The notes under the pieces: generated by a model
Told to the model about the DNA's origin: nothing
The model's input: the letters and a program-made list of their open reading frames with translations, nothing else
Database searches by the model: none
Shown: piece after piece, positions 32,568 to 40,799 of the stretch
How the letters are laid out: each line of letters begins with the position of its first letter
How positions within the stretch are numbered: the first letter of the stretch is position 1
IMG/VR virus record: IMGVR_UViG_3300030419_007436
Span: 96,001 to 160,000 of that record
Strand: one strand, 5' to 3'
Origin: a virus
DNA length: 64,000 nucleotides
Translations under genes and position numbers: made by a program

Positions 32568-34424
32568 TTATTTTATTTCACAGGCGCCGCCAGCACATGC
32601 CAGTTCGCCAGTTAAATTAGTATTATCTTCGCTTTCTACGATTTTTGTTACGTCAATCGATTTTAATGTTTTAACAAGATTTTCATATTCTTCCTTGGTA
32701 CAATCTTCAAATGGGGCCTGCTTGTAGCTACCCCCATCATATGGGAGCGCACTGAGGCCATTATAATATTTTCTGTTCTCCCACATCCAATCTCGTACCT
32801 CTTCCCATTCATTTTCTTCTATACTTATTGTAGCAGAAACGTTATGAGAATTTTGCCCTCTTTTATGTCCATTGCCCACCCATTCGCGACTTACTTTTTT
32901 TACACGATCTAAAAGATCCAGGGCCGATTCATGCCTAGTTATCGCATTTGATGGTGCCTTTTGAGGTACGCTGATCACCGCAGTGTCATGCGGCCTAAAA
33001 TATTCATCTTCCACCATGGACGGATGGCTTTTTAGTAAATAGGAATATATAGCCTCATTTTTTCCCACTCTCATTCTTCTAATATAATAATTATTATGCC
33101 ATGCGTGGATGCCACTGGACGTCCCTAACGTTAATGAGGTCGTACCTGCGGGTTTTACACATGTAGTTCTTCTCGCAGGTTTAATCCCAATTAGTTCAGC
33201 GACGCGTATGTTCTCATCTTTAACAATTTTTGCAGCCTGATTCATGTCTAATTTTAAAACGTTTCCAGAAGCAATCCCGGTCATGCTTACTCCAATGAGT
33301 GCGTCCTTTTCTGTGTTTCTGCGCCAAATATCTCTTAAATAGTGAAAATCGGTGTAGCTGGCCTGAAGTGTTGAAATTAACGTTGCCGCCTTGGCCCGGG
33401 CGTTATATTCTTCCTGACTTTCTAGATCGCCAGCATTTATCTCTGTCAGGTTACAAAATTGATAGGGTCGCAAGCCAATCTCACAACAAGGGTTGGTACC
33501 CCAATCCTTATCGTTTGTAAAATAAAAGCCGGGTTCTCCCGCTCCTGAAGCGCGTATTCTTTCCCAAAGTTCATTAAAATATTCCTTAGTAATTCTATGT
33601 CTCATCAGCATAACTGAATTGTTTGCGCGGCCTCTTTGGGGATTTTTTTCCCACCAATTGCCTGTCTTTGCGGCAATCATTTCATCATCATCGGCACTAA
33701 ACAAGGATATCAAGGCGGCCCGTCGAATACCACCAGCTAATACGGCGTCTGCTATGTGACAAATAATATCATGAACCTCTATTGTTTGAAGTTTATCACC
33801 ATTGTCCTTTTGATTGAGAATTCCCTCAACTTTCACTAAACATTCGCGCAGAGGTTGTGGGCCTGGTGCCTTCCCGCCGGAAGTTAAAAGGCGGGCGCCT
33901 TTCGGGCGAATGTCACTGTAGTCAAATCTAATCTTAGAGCCACCCTTAAAATAACTTCTCATTAAAATTTTAATTGCATCTGACCACCCCTCAATTGAAT
34001 CTGCGATTAAGTATCTCCTGCTACGCTTTTCGTTGGGTCTTTGAATTTCCGGTAGCGCATCAACATGATGATATTGTACGCTATAGCCTACGCCGGTACC
34101 ACCTAAAAGCAAAAACATTGTTTCACTAAAGGCGCGCCAATCATCAATAGGCAAATAAGCACAATTAAATATACGATTTGGAGCAACCTCAATCGGCTTT
34201 CCACCAAACTGCATAGAGCGCATAGAAGGAAGTACCTTCTTTTTATATACATATTCATAAGCATTCTCAATTTCACTCTTCATGTTCGGGTGCTTTTTAA
34301 GATGCATCTTCTTGTTTCTTGTAACCAACTCATCCCATGTTTCCCTGCGGTCTTTTTCAGGGAGATAGCGCGCATATTTCATATGCACCGCTATGTCCGA
34401 TAAAACTTGTTTTTCTACTTCCAT
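32568..34424 (-). CDS. nrdJ: Class II (B12-dependent) ribonucleotide reductase
   Basis: LPSMRSM, NCAY, GTGVG, GGIRRAA, TNPCCEI, CNLTE, KPAGTTS. Confidence 0.95.
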   Translation of the reverse strand: MEVEKQVLSDIAVHMKYARYLPEKDRRETWDELVTRNKKMHLKKHPNMKSEIENAYEYVYKKKVLPSMRSMQFGGKPIEVAPNRIFNCAYLPIDDWRAFSETMFLLLGGTGVGYSVQYHHVDALPEIQRPNEKRSRRYLIADSIEGWSDAIKILMRSYFKGGSKIRFDYSDIRPKGARLLTSGGKAPGPQPLRECLVKVEGILNQKDNGDKLQTIEVHDIICHIADAVLAGGIRRAALISLFSADDDEMIAAKTGNWWEKNPQRGRANNSVMLMRHRITKEYFNELWERIRASGAGEPGFYFTNDKDWGTNPCCEIGLRPYQFCNLTEINAGDLESQEEYNARAKAATLISTLQASYTDFHYLRDIWRRNTEKDALIGVSMTGIASGNVLKLDMNQAAKIVKDENIRVAELIGIKPARRTTCVKPAGTTSLTLGTSSGIHAWHNNYYIRRMRVGKNEAIYSYLLKSHPSMVEDEYFRPHDTAVISVPQKAPSNAITRHESALDLLDRVKKVSREWVGNGHKRGQNSHNVSATISIEENEWEEVRDWMWENRKYYNGLSALPYDGGSYKQAPFEDCTKEEYENLVKTLKSIDVTKIVESEDNTNLTGELACAGGACEIK

Positions 34425-34427
34425 TAT

Positions 34428-35795
34428 TTATTTGCCCCTTTGTTTTCTATAATTTTTGTATTTTTCTTTGAGCGTTTCCTCTTGGCGCTTCACCTCACTC
34501 TTTTTAATCTCCCCGTAAGTTTCAATTTGAGGGAGAACATCTATCTTCACATTTGCCGTGTCCATGAAAATAGGGTAAACCAACCCGTCCGGACCATTTC
34601 GGTTTTTAGCGACAAATATTCTCCCACTGTTACTATTCTTGTGTTGAATTGTTCGAGAAATAGAAAATATAAAATCTGCTACGAAACATTTGTTAAATGC
34701 TTCGGATATGGCCTCCATTGTAATGACTTCGGCGTTTAAACCTGATCTGTTTGTTTGAGAAGCGGTCCAAATCGGACACTCGAACTCCTGAGCTATACTT
34801 CTTAGCTCTTCATAAATAGATTCCAATTGATGTCTTTTCTCATCATTTTTTGATTTTGATCGTAATAAATCTGCATAATCTACAATAATCATTTCTGGAA
34901 ATATTTCACGCTGACGTAACTTCTCTAAATGATTACGAAGTGTAGAAACACCAGCCGATTTAGTAGGATATTCTTTTACAATTAATTGTCCCTTTAAATC
35001 TTTAATTTCTTCATAAATCTCATCTTTTTTATTAAAAACCTCTCTTAGAGGAATGCCAGTGATACAACTATCATATCTAGATGCAACAACAGTGTCTGCT
35101 AGTTCTAAAGTATAGTGAATAACTGTTTTATTTTCTTTAACCGCTTGGGCACCAAGATGTACAAGAGCCATAGATTTTCCGGCGCCGGTGGGGGCAATTA
35201 CAACCCCCAATTCGCCGCGGCCTAACCCCCCTTTGTTAAGGTCGTCGATAATTTTCCACCCTGTAGTCACTGGATTTCTTGTTTTTAGCTCAAACCGCTT
35301 TTCGAAATCTTTAATATAATGATAGCCATTATCAGAATTGTTACCAAGCTTCATTGCTTCGTTGATCAACTTTTGAATATCTTCAAAAGATGATCGTTTA
35401 AGCAGGGGTACCGACTTCAATATAGCACCTTTCAGAACTTGTTTTTTACAAAAATCAATCGCAGTGTCCTTTATATATTCTGCGTCCTGTACATCTGTTT
35501 TTTTCATTCTAGCAAAAAAATCACGGACTTGCTTCTGAACCAATTCATTCTCTTCTGAAATTTCTGCGCGCAAGATCGTGGTCATAATAGAATCCGATGG
35601 TTGCATGCCATATTTATCTTTATAACTAAAAATGCGCTTGACAAAGGTTTGTAAGTAATTAAATTCAAGAAAATTAACATCCAGCACTTCTTTGATTTGA
35701 TCTGCAAATGACCGATCAAATAGAATTAACTGACACATATTTTCTTGAAATGATTTCCCAAATTGAGAAAAATCTTCTTTTTCGTTGTAAATCAA
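34428..35795 (-). CDS. dnaB: Replicative DNA helicase (DnaB/gp41-like)
   Basis: APTGAGKS, YTLEL, IVDYADLL, ASQTNR, AKNRNG. Confidence 0.92.
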   Translation of the reverse strand: MIYNEKEDFSQFGKSFQENMCQLILFDRSFADQIKEVLDVNFLEFNYLQTFVKRIFSYKDKYGMQPSDSIMTTILRAEISEENELVQKQVRDFFARMKKTDVQDAEYIKDTAIDFCKKQVLKGAILKSVPLLKRSSFEDIQKLINEAMKLGNNSDNGYHYIKDFEKRFELKTRNPVTTGWKIIDDLNKGGLGRGELGVVIAPTGAGKSMALVHLGAQAVKENKTVIHYTLELADTVVASRYDSCITGIPLREVFNKKDEIYEEIKDLKGQLIVKEYPTKSAGVSTLRNHLEKLRQREIFPEMIIVDYADLLRSKSKNDEKRHQLESIYEELRSIAQEFECPIWTASQTNRSGLNAEVITMEAISEAFNKCFVADFIFSISRTIQHKNSNSGRIFVAKNRNGPDGLVYPIFMDTANVKIDVLPQIETYGEIKKSEVKRQEETLKEKYKNYRKQRGK

Positions 35796-35816
35796 AGAAA
35801 CGACCTCCAGGTTTTT

Positions 35817-35846
35817 ATTCTACAACAATTATTTCCCTTTTGTCAA
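35817..35846 (-). promoter_or_regulatory. Sigma70-type promoter of helicase/nrdJ operon
   Basis: TTGACA-18-TAGAAT. Confidence 0.55.
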
Positions 35847-35857
35847 GGGATAATATT

Positions 35858-36256
35858 TTATTTCCAAAGTATTTGTATTGCTACAATTGCCACAGACAAT
35901 ATTAAACAAGACATAGTTTTAGCAGTAAATATACTCTCTTTTAAAAGAGCATATGTAAAAAAAGCAAAAACAACATTGGATGCCCCAAATCCTATTAGTT
36001 TTGATGTCCACAGCTTTCCGCTATCTTCCACAACAAACCTAATGGCGTACCAAAAACAAAGGCCCATTGGTATTGCAAAAATGACATTAGATAATATTGG
36101 CCGATCTTTCCACCATTCCCACACAAACTGAGAATTAAACTGAAACCACGCCAGCACATTACCCACAACAAATAACAATATTCCTATTAAAGTATTCATC
36201 TCTTTAAGCCTTTTGTCTTTTGTGGGGCACCTGTTGCCCGTGCCCCCCTGCGGCAT
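35858..36256 (-). CDS. Small multi-pass membrane protein (DMT/EamA-like); start may be ATG 36199
   Basis: Four hydrophobic segments. Confidence 0.65.
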   Translation of the reverse strand: MPQGGTGNRCPTKDKRLKEMNTLIGILLFVVGNVLAWFQFNSQFVWEWWKDRPILSNVIFAIPMGLCFWYAIRFVVEDSGKLWTSKLIGFGASNVVFAFFTYALLKESIFTAKTMSCLILSVAIVAIQILWK

Positions 36257-36259
36257 TTA

Positions 36260-36403
36260 TTATTTATTAATAAATTTTTCTTGGGCAACTGAAATTTTAC
36301 GCTCCATTTCTTGTAAGCGCTGTTCATGTTTCAGTAAACCATAAACAAAAAGTCCTAGGGCGCCTAAGCCCAAAAAGGCTGTTGTCCATACACTAGTAAA
36401 CAT
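36260..36403 (-). CDS. 47-aa membrane-anchored peptide (MFTSVWTTAFLGLGALGLFVYGLL...); not in ORF track
   Basis: GGAGG SD; TM plus short coiled coil. Confidence 0.7.
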   Translation of the reverse strand: MFTSVWTTAFLGLGALGLFVYGLLKHEQRLQEMERKISVAQEKFINK

Positions 36404-36422
36404 ATTTTCCTCCTTTTTAAAG

Positions 36423-36495
36423 TACTCCCGGTAGGACTTGAACCTACGACCTGGCGGTTATGAGCCGCTTGCTCTACCAACTGAGCTACGGGAGT
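36423..36495 (-). tRNA. tRNA with CAT anticodon (likely Ile2; elongator Met not excluded)
   Basis: ACTCCCG acceptor, GCGG-CTCATAA-CCGC arm, GTTCAAGTCC; lacks the fMet GGG/CCC stem; CCA not encoded. Confidence 0.9.
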
Positions 36496-36500
36496 ATAAA

Positions 36501-36710
36501 TTATGCCTCTTTTTTTAATTCATATATACGCGGTGGACTTTCAGAATATGATGCAGTTACATAAAACTGGTATCTACTATTTACCACCTTCTGTGTACCC
36601 ACGCTTATGTTTTTGCACTCACAGTGTACAGTCTCGCTATCTTCATGTATGTCTTGTTTCCTAAAGACTGAGTTGCATTCGAGACATTCTATGAGCAAAT
36701 AATTTTCCAT
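36501..36710 (-). CDS. Small Zn-binding hypothetical protein
   Basis: CLEC...CEC. Confidence 0.65.
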   Translation of the reverse strand: MENYLLIECLECNSVFRKQDIHEDSETVHCECKNISVGTQKVVNSRYQFYVTASYSESPPRIYELKKEA

Positions 36711-37402
36711 GTGTCCTTATAACCAGATACATTATATACTGTGTGTCCAGAGTCTGTCAAGGCTTTTGCTAAAGAAAAATCATTACCGCCTGGAAGTGTT
36801 CGATCTCCAAAGAAAAAATAGTTTCCCTTTGGTATGTTTTTTAAAACTTGTGATTTATCCCATCCTTGAGGATATATATCGATGCTGATTTCACCGCCAA
36901 TGGCCGCCTCAAGTTCCTCAAAGTTCTCATTAATCTCTCTAGCATATTTAAGACGTTCATTTTTTTCTTGATCATATTCATAATATGCATTGCGTGCAGC
37001 GTGCGATGCGTTTCTTCCCACAACTGAAAAATTAATCATTCCGATGCGTCGCTCGATATGATTTCCAGTCCTCAAGGCATATTCCGACTGATTTAAGCAC
37101 TCCTCCAAATAGCACAACAAGGCTTCCGAAGGTTCGAACACTCTACAATTAATGTTATGTCCTCCAACATGAAAGGTGTTACCCATGCAACCAAAAACAC
37201 CACTAACACTTTGCAAAATATCCTGGGGTATTTGTTCTTCTAATTTTTCATAATCACTTCCAGAGACAAAATAAACTTTCTTATCAACAATCCAGTCTTT
37301 AAAAAAAGAATAAAATTCTTCTGTCATTTTTTGCCTAGGGGGAGTCAATGTGCCGTCCACATCAAATAAATATATATCGTCAACTAGTTCCACAATAACC
37401 AC
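36689..37402 (-). CDS. Eukaryote-type phosphomannomutase (HAD-IIB)
   Basis: FDVDGTLT, SGSD, IERRIGMINFSVVGRNA, GGEISID, FFGDRTLPGGND. Confidence 0.9.
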   Translation of the reverse strand: MVIVELVDDIYLFDVDGTLTPPRQKMTEEFYSFFKDWIVDKKVYFVSGSDYEKLEEQIPQDILQSVSGVFGCMGNTFHVGGHNINCRVFEPSEALLCYLEECLNQSEYALRTGNHIERRIGMINFSVVGRNASHAARNAYYEYDQEKNERLKYAREINENFEELEAAIGGEISIDIYPQGWDKSQVLKNIPKGNYFFFGDRTLPGGNDFSLAKALTDSGHTVYNVSGYKDTWKIICS

Positions 37403-37506
37403 CCTACAGCGCAGCCAACCGTGAGGCCAAAAAGAAGCAACGAAATAAACTGCCCCACATAATATCGCCGCTCTGCTTTTTCAATTTCATCAAATAAATC
37501 TCTCAT
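37384..37506 (-). CDS. 40-aa membrane peptide (MRDLFDEIEKAERRYYVGQFISLLLFGLTVGCAVGWLLWN); not in ORF track
   Basis: AGGAG SD; C-terminal TM. Confidence 0.65.
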   Translation of the reverse strand: MRDLFDEIEKAERRYYVGQFISLLLFGLTVGCAVGWLLWN

Positions 37507-37522
37507 CACTTCTCCTTTTTAG

Positions 37523-37712
37523 AACCAGGGGGCGGAATTGAACCACCTACCTCCGCTTCGTCCATAGATCCACTCTGCATAAGTGTTTCCGCCTTAGACC
37601 CCATCGCCACTAATTCCGGCAGGGGCGATTTTCCCCGGTTGCTCCGGTGTGTGGATCTTCGGTTTCCTACTTTATATAAACGGGCGGCGCTCTTCCGGTG
37701 AGCTACCCTGGT
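37523..37712 (-). ncRNA. tRNA-like RNA with ~118-nt structured insertion replacing the anticodon loop
   Basis: ACCAGGG/CCCTGGT acceptor, GCTC/GAGC D stem, CCGC/GCGG stem, GGTGG-TTCAATT-CCGCC T arm; 127 nt between stem halves. Confidence 0.8.
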
Positions 37713-37717
37713 ATATG

Positions 37718-37801
37718 TAGCTGAAGAGGGATTCGAACCCTCACACCCGTTACGGATAACGGATTTTAAGTCCGTTGTGTCTACCATTCCACCATTCAGC
37801 C
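37718..37801 (-). tRNA. tRNA-Leu(TAA)
   Basis: ACGGA-CTTAAAA-TCCGT anticodon arm, long variable arm, GGTTCGAATCC. Confidence 0.95.
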
Positions 37802-37807
37802 AAGTTT

Positions 37808-38044
37808 TTAATAATCATTTTCGTGCTTCATTTTTCTATAGCCAACTACATCCATAGCGAATGGATCAACATCTGATGAGCGGCGATTTCCCCGAAGCTT
37901 TTGTTCCGCTGCCTCGCGCTCTAAAGCTTTTGAGGCACGTTGGACAACGCTTTCGAGCACGCTAATACCAGGATCGATTTTAGTGCCCATTCTGCAATAG
38001 TAATCAACCAAATCAATCAATATTTCTTTTGTTTCGTCGTTCAT
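37808..38044 (-). CDS. Hypothetical protein (78 aa)
   Basis: AGGAG SD; lies between tRNAs. Confidence 0.7.
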   Translation of the reverse strand: MNDETKEILIDLVDYYCRMGTKIDPGISVLESVVQRASKALEREAAEQKLRGNRRSSDVDPFAMDVVGYRKMKHENDY

Positions 38045-38064
38045 TTATTCTCCTTAAATAATAG

Positions 38065-38138
38065 TACCCTCGACAGGATTCGAACCTGTGACTCTCGGCT
38101 TAGAAGGCCGATGCTCTATCCAACTGAGCTACGAGGGC
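38065..38138 (-). tRNA. tRNA-Arg(TCT)
   Basis: TCGGC-CTTCTAA-GCCGA anticodon arm; canonical D and T arms. Confidence 0.95.
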
Positions 38139-38145
38139 AGTCACT

Positions 38146-38652
38146 CTACCAGTTAACACCGCTGGAAACACCCATGCGCCAATATCCATTCACATCAGGG
38201 ATGTATGTCACGTGTACTGGAATACTAAAAATTCCCACTTGTTCGGTATATCCCATGGCTGCGATCACATGTACATAATTGTCTTCTTCGGCCGGATCAA
38301 AAGCTGCAATATTTGCGCCTAAAGCCAACTGTAAACGATCAGCGAATTCAAACCCAACAAGCAAACTAGCCGATGGCGCAAAAATACTTTGATCTAGACC
38401 AACAACAGAAACGTTTTGCACAAACAACACATCTAGCCATTCTCCGCCATCGAGAGTTTGTTGAAATTCGAAGCCAAGCAAGAGCATGTGAGAACTGTGT
38501 AGTTTATCTAAATCTCCCCCTTTGTTTAGATAGGCGTAGCCAAAACGAACACCGTTGCGGACTTTCCAATCATCTTCCGCAGTTTGTTTTTCAGCGAGTG
38601 CTGGGGTGGTTAAAATAACTACCAAAAAACACAATAATACTTTCTTTAACAT
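38146..38652 (-). CDS. Outer-membrane beta-barrel-like protein
   Basis: Signal peptide, amphipathic strands, C-terminal aromatic (GVNW). Confidence 0.65.
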   Translation of the reverse strand: MLKKVLLCFLVVILTTPALAEKQTAEDDWKVRNGVRFGYAYLNKGGDLDKLHSSHMLLLGFEFQQTLDGGEWLDVLFVQNVSVVGLDQSIFAPSASLLVGFEFADRLQLALGANIAAFDPAEEDNYVHVIAAMGYTEQVGIFSIPVHVTYIPDVNGYWRMGVSSGVNW

Positions 38653-38754
38653 ATTTTTCTCCTTTTTTCTATTTTTAATATGTATGATAATTCTTCCAGA
38701 ACCTATTGTATCAGGCCACGAGGTACCTTTTCATCTGTGTATCATTTTATAAGT

Positions 38755-39108
38755 TTATTTTTCTTCGCGGCCGTAATCGTCTTGAAGGCGTACGACGTCA
38801 TCCAATTCGGGGGTGGAGACTTCAATCAGAGTACAGCCGATTGATGGTGCAACAAAACGATGAATTGTTTGAGGTGTGACGTGATATGATGCACCTGTTC
38901 CCAAAAGTAGCCTTTCCATATTGTTCTCATCTCCAATCTCTAGCACCAACTCACCTTTGAGGACATATATTGTTTCATCCTTTACTTCGTGGTATTGTCT
39001 AGAAAGCCTCTCTCCTGCGTTTATGACAAGTAATTTGCCCACATATTTATCACACTCGGCCCAAATTTCCTCATGGCCCCAAGGTTTTTCTACTTTACGT
39101 TTTTTCAT
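38755..39108 (-). CDS. Cupin, mannose-6-phosphate isomerase type II C-terminal-like
   Basis: VEKPWG, LSRQYHEVKDETIYVLKG, IEVSTPELDDVVRLQDDYGR; start re-assigned to ATG 39108. Confidence 0.85.
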   Translation of the reverse strand: MKKRKVEKPWGHEEIWAECDKYVGKLLVINAGERLSRQYHEVKDETIYVLKGELVLEIGDENNMERLLLGTGASYHVTPQTIHRFVAPSIGCTLIEVSTPELDDVVRLQDDYGREEK

Positions 39109-39109
39109 A

Positions 39110-39388
39110 TTAATAACAAATGTCTCCCAGGTATTCCCAACCACAGTAGTAATAGTCATAGCACCAAGCTTCTTCACAAAACCAACGGCCATCCCAATAT
39201 TCTTCATAACAACAAGAGCCATCACAGTAAGACGCCCAAAGTAGGTCGTGGGGACTCGGTTCACAAACTTGTGATTCTAGAACAACAGACGGAGGTTCTA
39301 CAACAATTGCGGTGCGGCCGGGCGTAGATCGAACTTCGCAGGCCGTAACTCCCACTAACAAAAACAATAGACTAATAAATTTTTTCAT
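39110..39388 (-). CDS. Cys/Tyr/Trp-rich lipoprotein
   Basis: Lipobox-like VTAC; CDGSCCYEEYWDGRWFCEEAWCYDYYYC. Confidence 0.75.
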   Translation of the reverse strand: MKKFISLLFLLVGVTACEVRSTPGRTAIVVEPPSVVLESQVCEPSPHDLLWASYCDGSCCYEEYWDGRWFCEEAWCYDYYYCGWEYLGDICY

Positions 39389-40347
39389 TCTTTTTCTCCA
39401 TTTATAATCTTTTTAAATACAATAAGCAAATCCAGCCAACTGGTTTTTCCAATTCCGTCTTCTAACATCATACCATCTGTAGATGTTTTGTCAAGTGTTA
39501 ATTCGGAATTTCTAACAGTATACTTAATTTCTGTCTTAGTTTGCACAGAAATGCTAGGACTATACAATTGCATCAGCTGATAATTTTCTCTAATAATATC
39601 TTCGCTTTCCGCAATATTTTGATATGCTTTAAGTTTGGAATTTGTGTTGGTACAATAATCAGACACCTCACCAATAGTATATGTTTTTTCTTCAACTAAG
39701 AATGGCAGTCTTTTTGCAATTGTGGGGAGGCCGATCCCTTTGACGCCCCCTAGATTATCACTCTTATCCCCAACGATGGCACGAGCGAGTGCAAAATTTG
39801 TTGGATGGATACCAAACTTTTCTATAATAGCATTTTTATTAAGAACCTCTTGCTGTGTAGGGCGCAATACAACTGTTTCGTCATCGAGTAGTTGGAAGAA
39901 GTCTTTATCGCTCGAAACAATAACTTTTTGCCAACCATTAAAGTCTGGAAGTTGTGCTACAAATGAAATAACATCATCAGCTTCCACACCGTTCGATACT
40001 AGTTGTATCACCGGAAAGTTGTTTAGATACTCCATTGTTCGTAACTGTTGCCAAACTTTATTTTGAAGCTCTTCTTCTTGTGTCAGATTTTTAATATCAC
40101 GGTTGAGACGCAAGGGCTTACGACCCTCCTTATAATTTTTATTTACAAGCTTGCGCCTTCTGCTTCCTCCTTTGCCATCCCAGCAGATTACAATTTTGTC
40201 GGGCTTAACTTCTCGACAAAGTTTTTGTAGTATTTTGAGAAACCCAACGGTCCCACCAATTGGATCTCCATTGGGTGATAATGTTGGGTTAACTATATAG
40301 GCTCTCAAAAATTGATTGAGGGCATCAATTATCATTAAACGTTTCAA
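39385..40347 (-). CDS. 5'-3' exonuclease/flap endonuclease (T4 RNase H/PolI N-terminal type)
   Basis: IIDALN, WDGKGG, YKEGR, EADDVI, SSDKDF, GDKSDN..GVKGIG. Confidence 0.92.
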   Translation of the reverse strand: MKRLMIIDALNQFLRAYIVNPTLSPNGDPIGGTVGFLKILQKLCREVKPDKIVICWDGKGGSRRRKLVNKNYKEGRKPLRLNRDIKNLTQEEELQNKVWQQLRTMEYLNNFPVIQLVSNGVEADDVISFVAQLPDFNGWQKVIVSSDKDFFQLLDDETVVLRPTQQEVLNKNAIIEKFGIHPTNFALARAIVGDKSDNLGGVKGIGLPTIAKRLPFLVEEKTYTIGEVSDYCTNTNSKLKAYQNIAESEDIIRENYQLMQLYSPSISVQTKTEIKYTVRNSELTLDKTSTDGMMLEDGIGKTSWLDLLIVFKKIINGEKE

Positions 40348-40350
40348 TTT

Positions 40351-40731
40351 TTATTCCTTGTTCTGAGGTTCCGGAAAGCCGGGATTGCGAGGTGCGGGAG
40401 GTGAAATAACGTTATTATCGCCATAGAGGTGCCGACTAATCTCATCAATTTCTCGCTGTCGTGCACGATCTGCATCGGTAAGATTCTTCTCATATTCTTC
40501 TTCTGCGTCTAATATTTTTTGTAATTCTTCATCACTTAGATATTTTGATGTATTGTGGTATGACACTGACATCTCAATTTTCTTAAATTCTTGTTCCTGT
40601 CGATCAGGATGCGGGGGTGCTTCCCACAAAAAAAGTGAAGATAAAATAATAGAGAAATGAAGGGCCGTGGCCACCGCAATAGAGGCAAACAAGTGAATAT
40701 TGAATAGATGTTTGTATTTTTTGAAATTCAT
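40351..40731 (-). CDS. Hypothetical membrane-anchored protein
   Basis: GGAG SD before ATG 40731; N-terminal TM. Confidence 0.65.
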   Translation of the reverse strand: MNFKKYKHLFNIHLFASIAVATALHFSIILSSLFLWEAPPHPDRQEQEFKKIEMSVSYHNTSKYLSDEELQKILDAEEEYEKNLTDADRARQREIDEISRHLYGDNNVISPPAPRNPGFPEPQNKE

Positions 40732-40799
40732 ATTTTCTCCTAACAATCAATTACCTATTCATTATAGCATCTCATTTTTAAAATGCAAGGAAAAAATGT

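Noticed and set aside
25885-35795. Inteins or introns in dnaE, nrdJ or the helicase
   Set aside because: The proteins have normal lengths and continuous motifs, with no intein or homing-endonuclease signatures seen.
37523-37712. tmRNA or group I intron-containing tRNA
   Set aside because: It has no G3-U70 alanine identity and has a full D stem. A possible GCA-resumed 10-codon frame lacks the upstream UA signal. The insert is too short and lacks recognisable P7/R/S elements.
37506-37787. 93-aa ORF-track CDS
   Set aside because: It overlaps tRNA-Leu and the tRNA-like RNA completely, so it is spurious.
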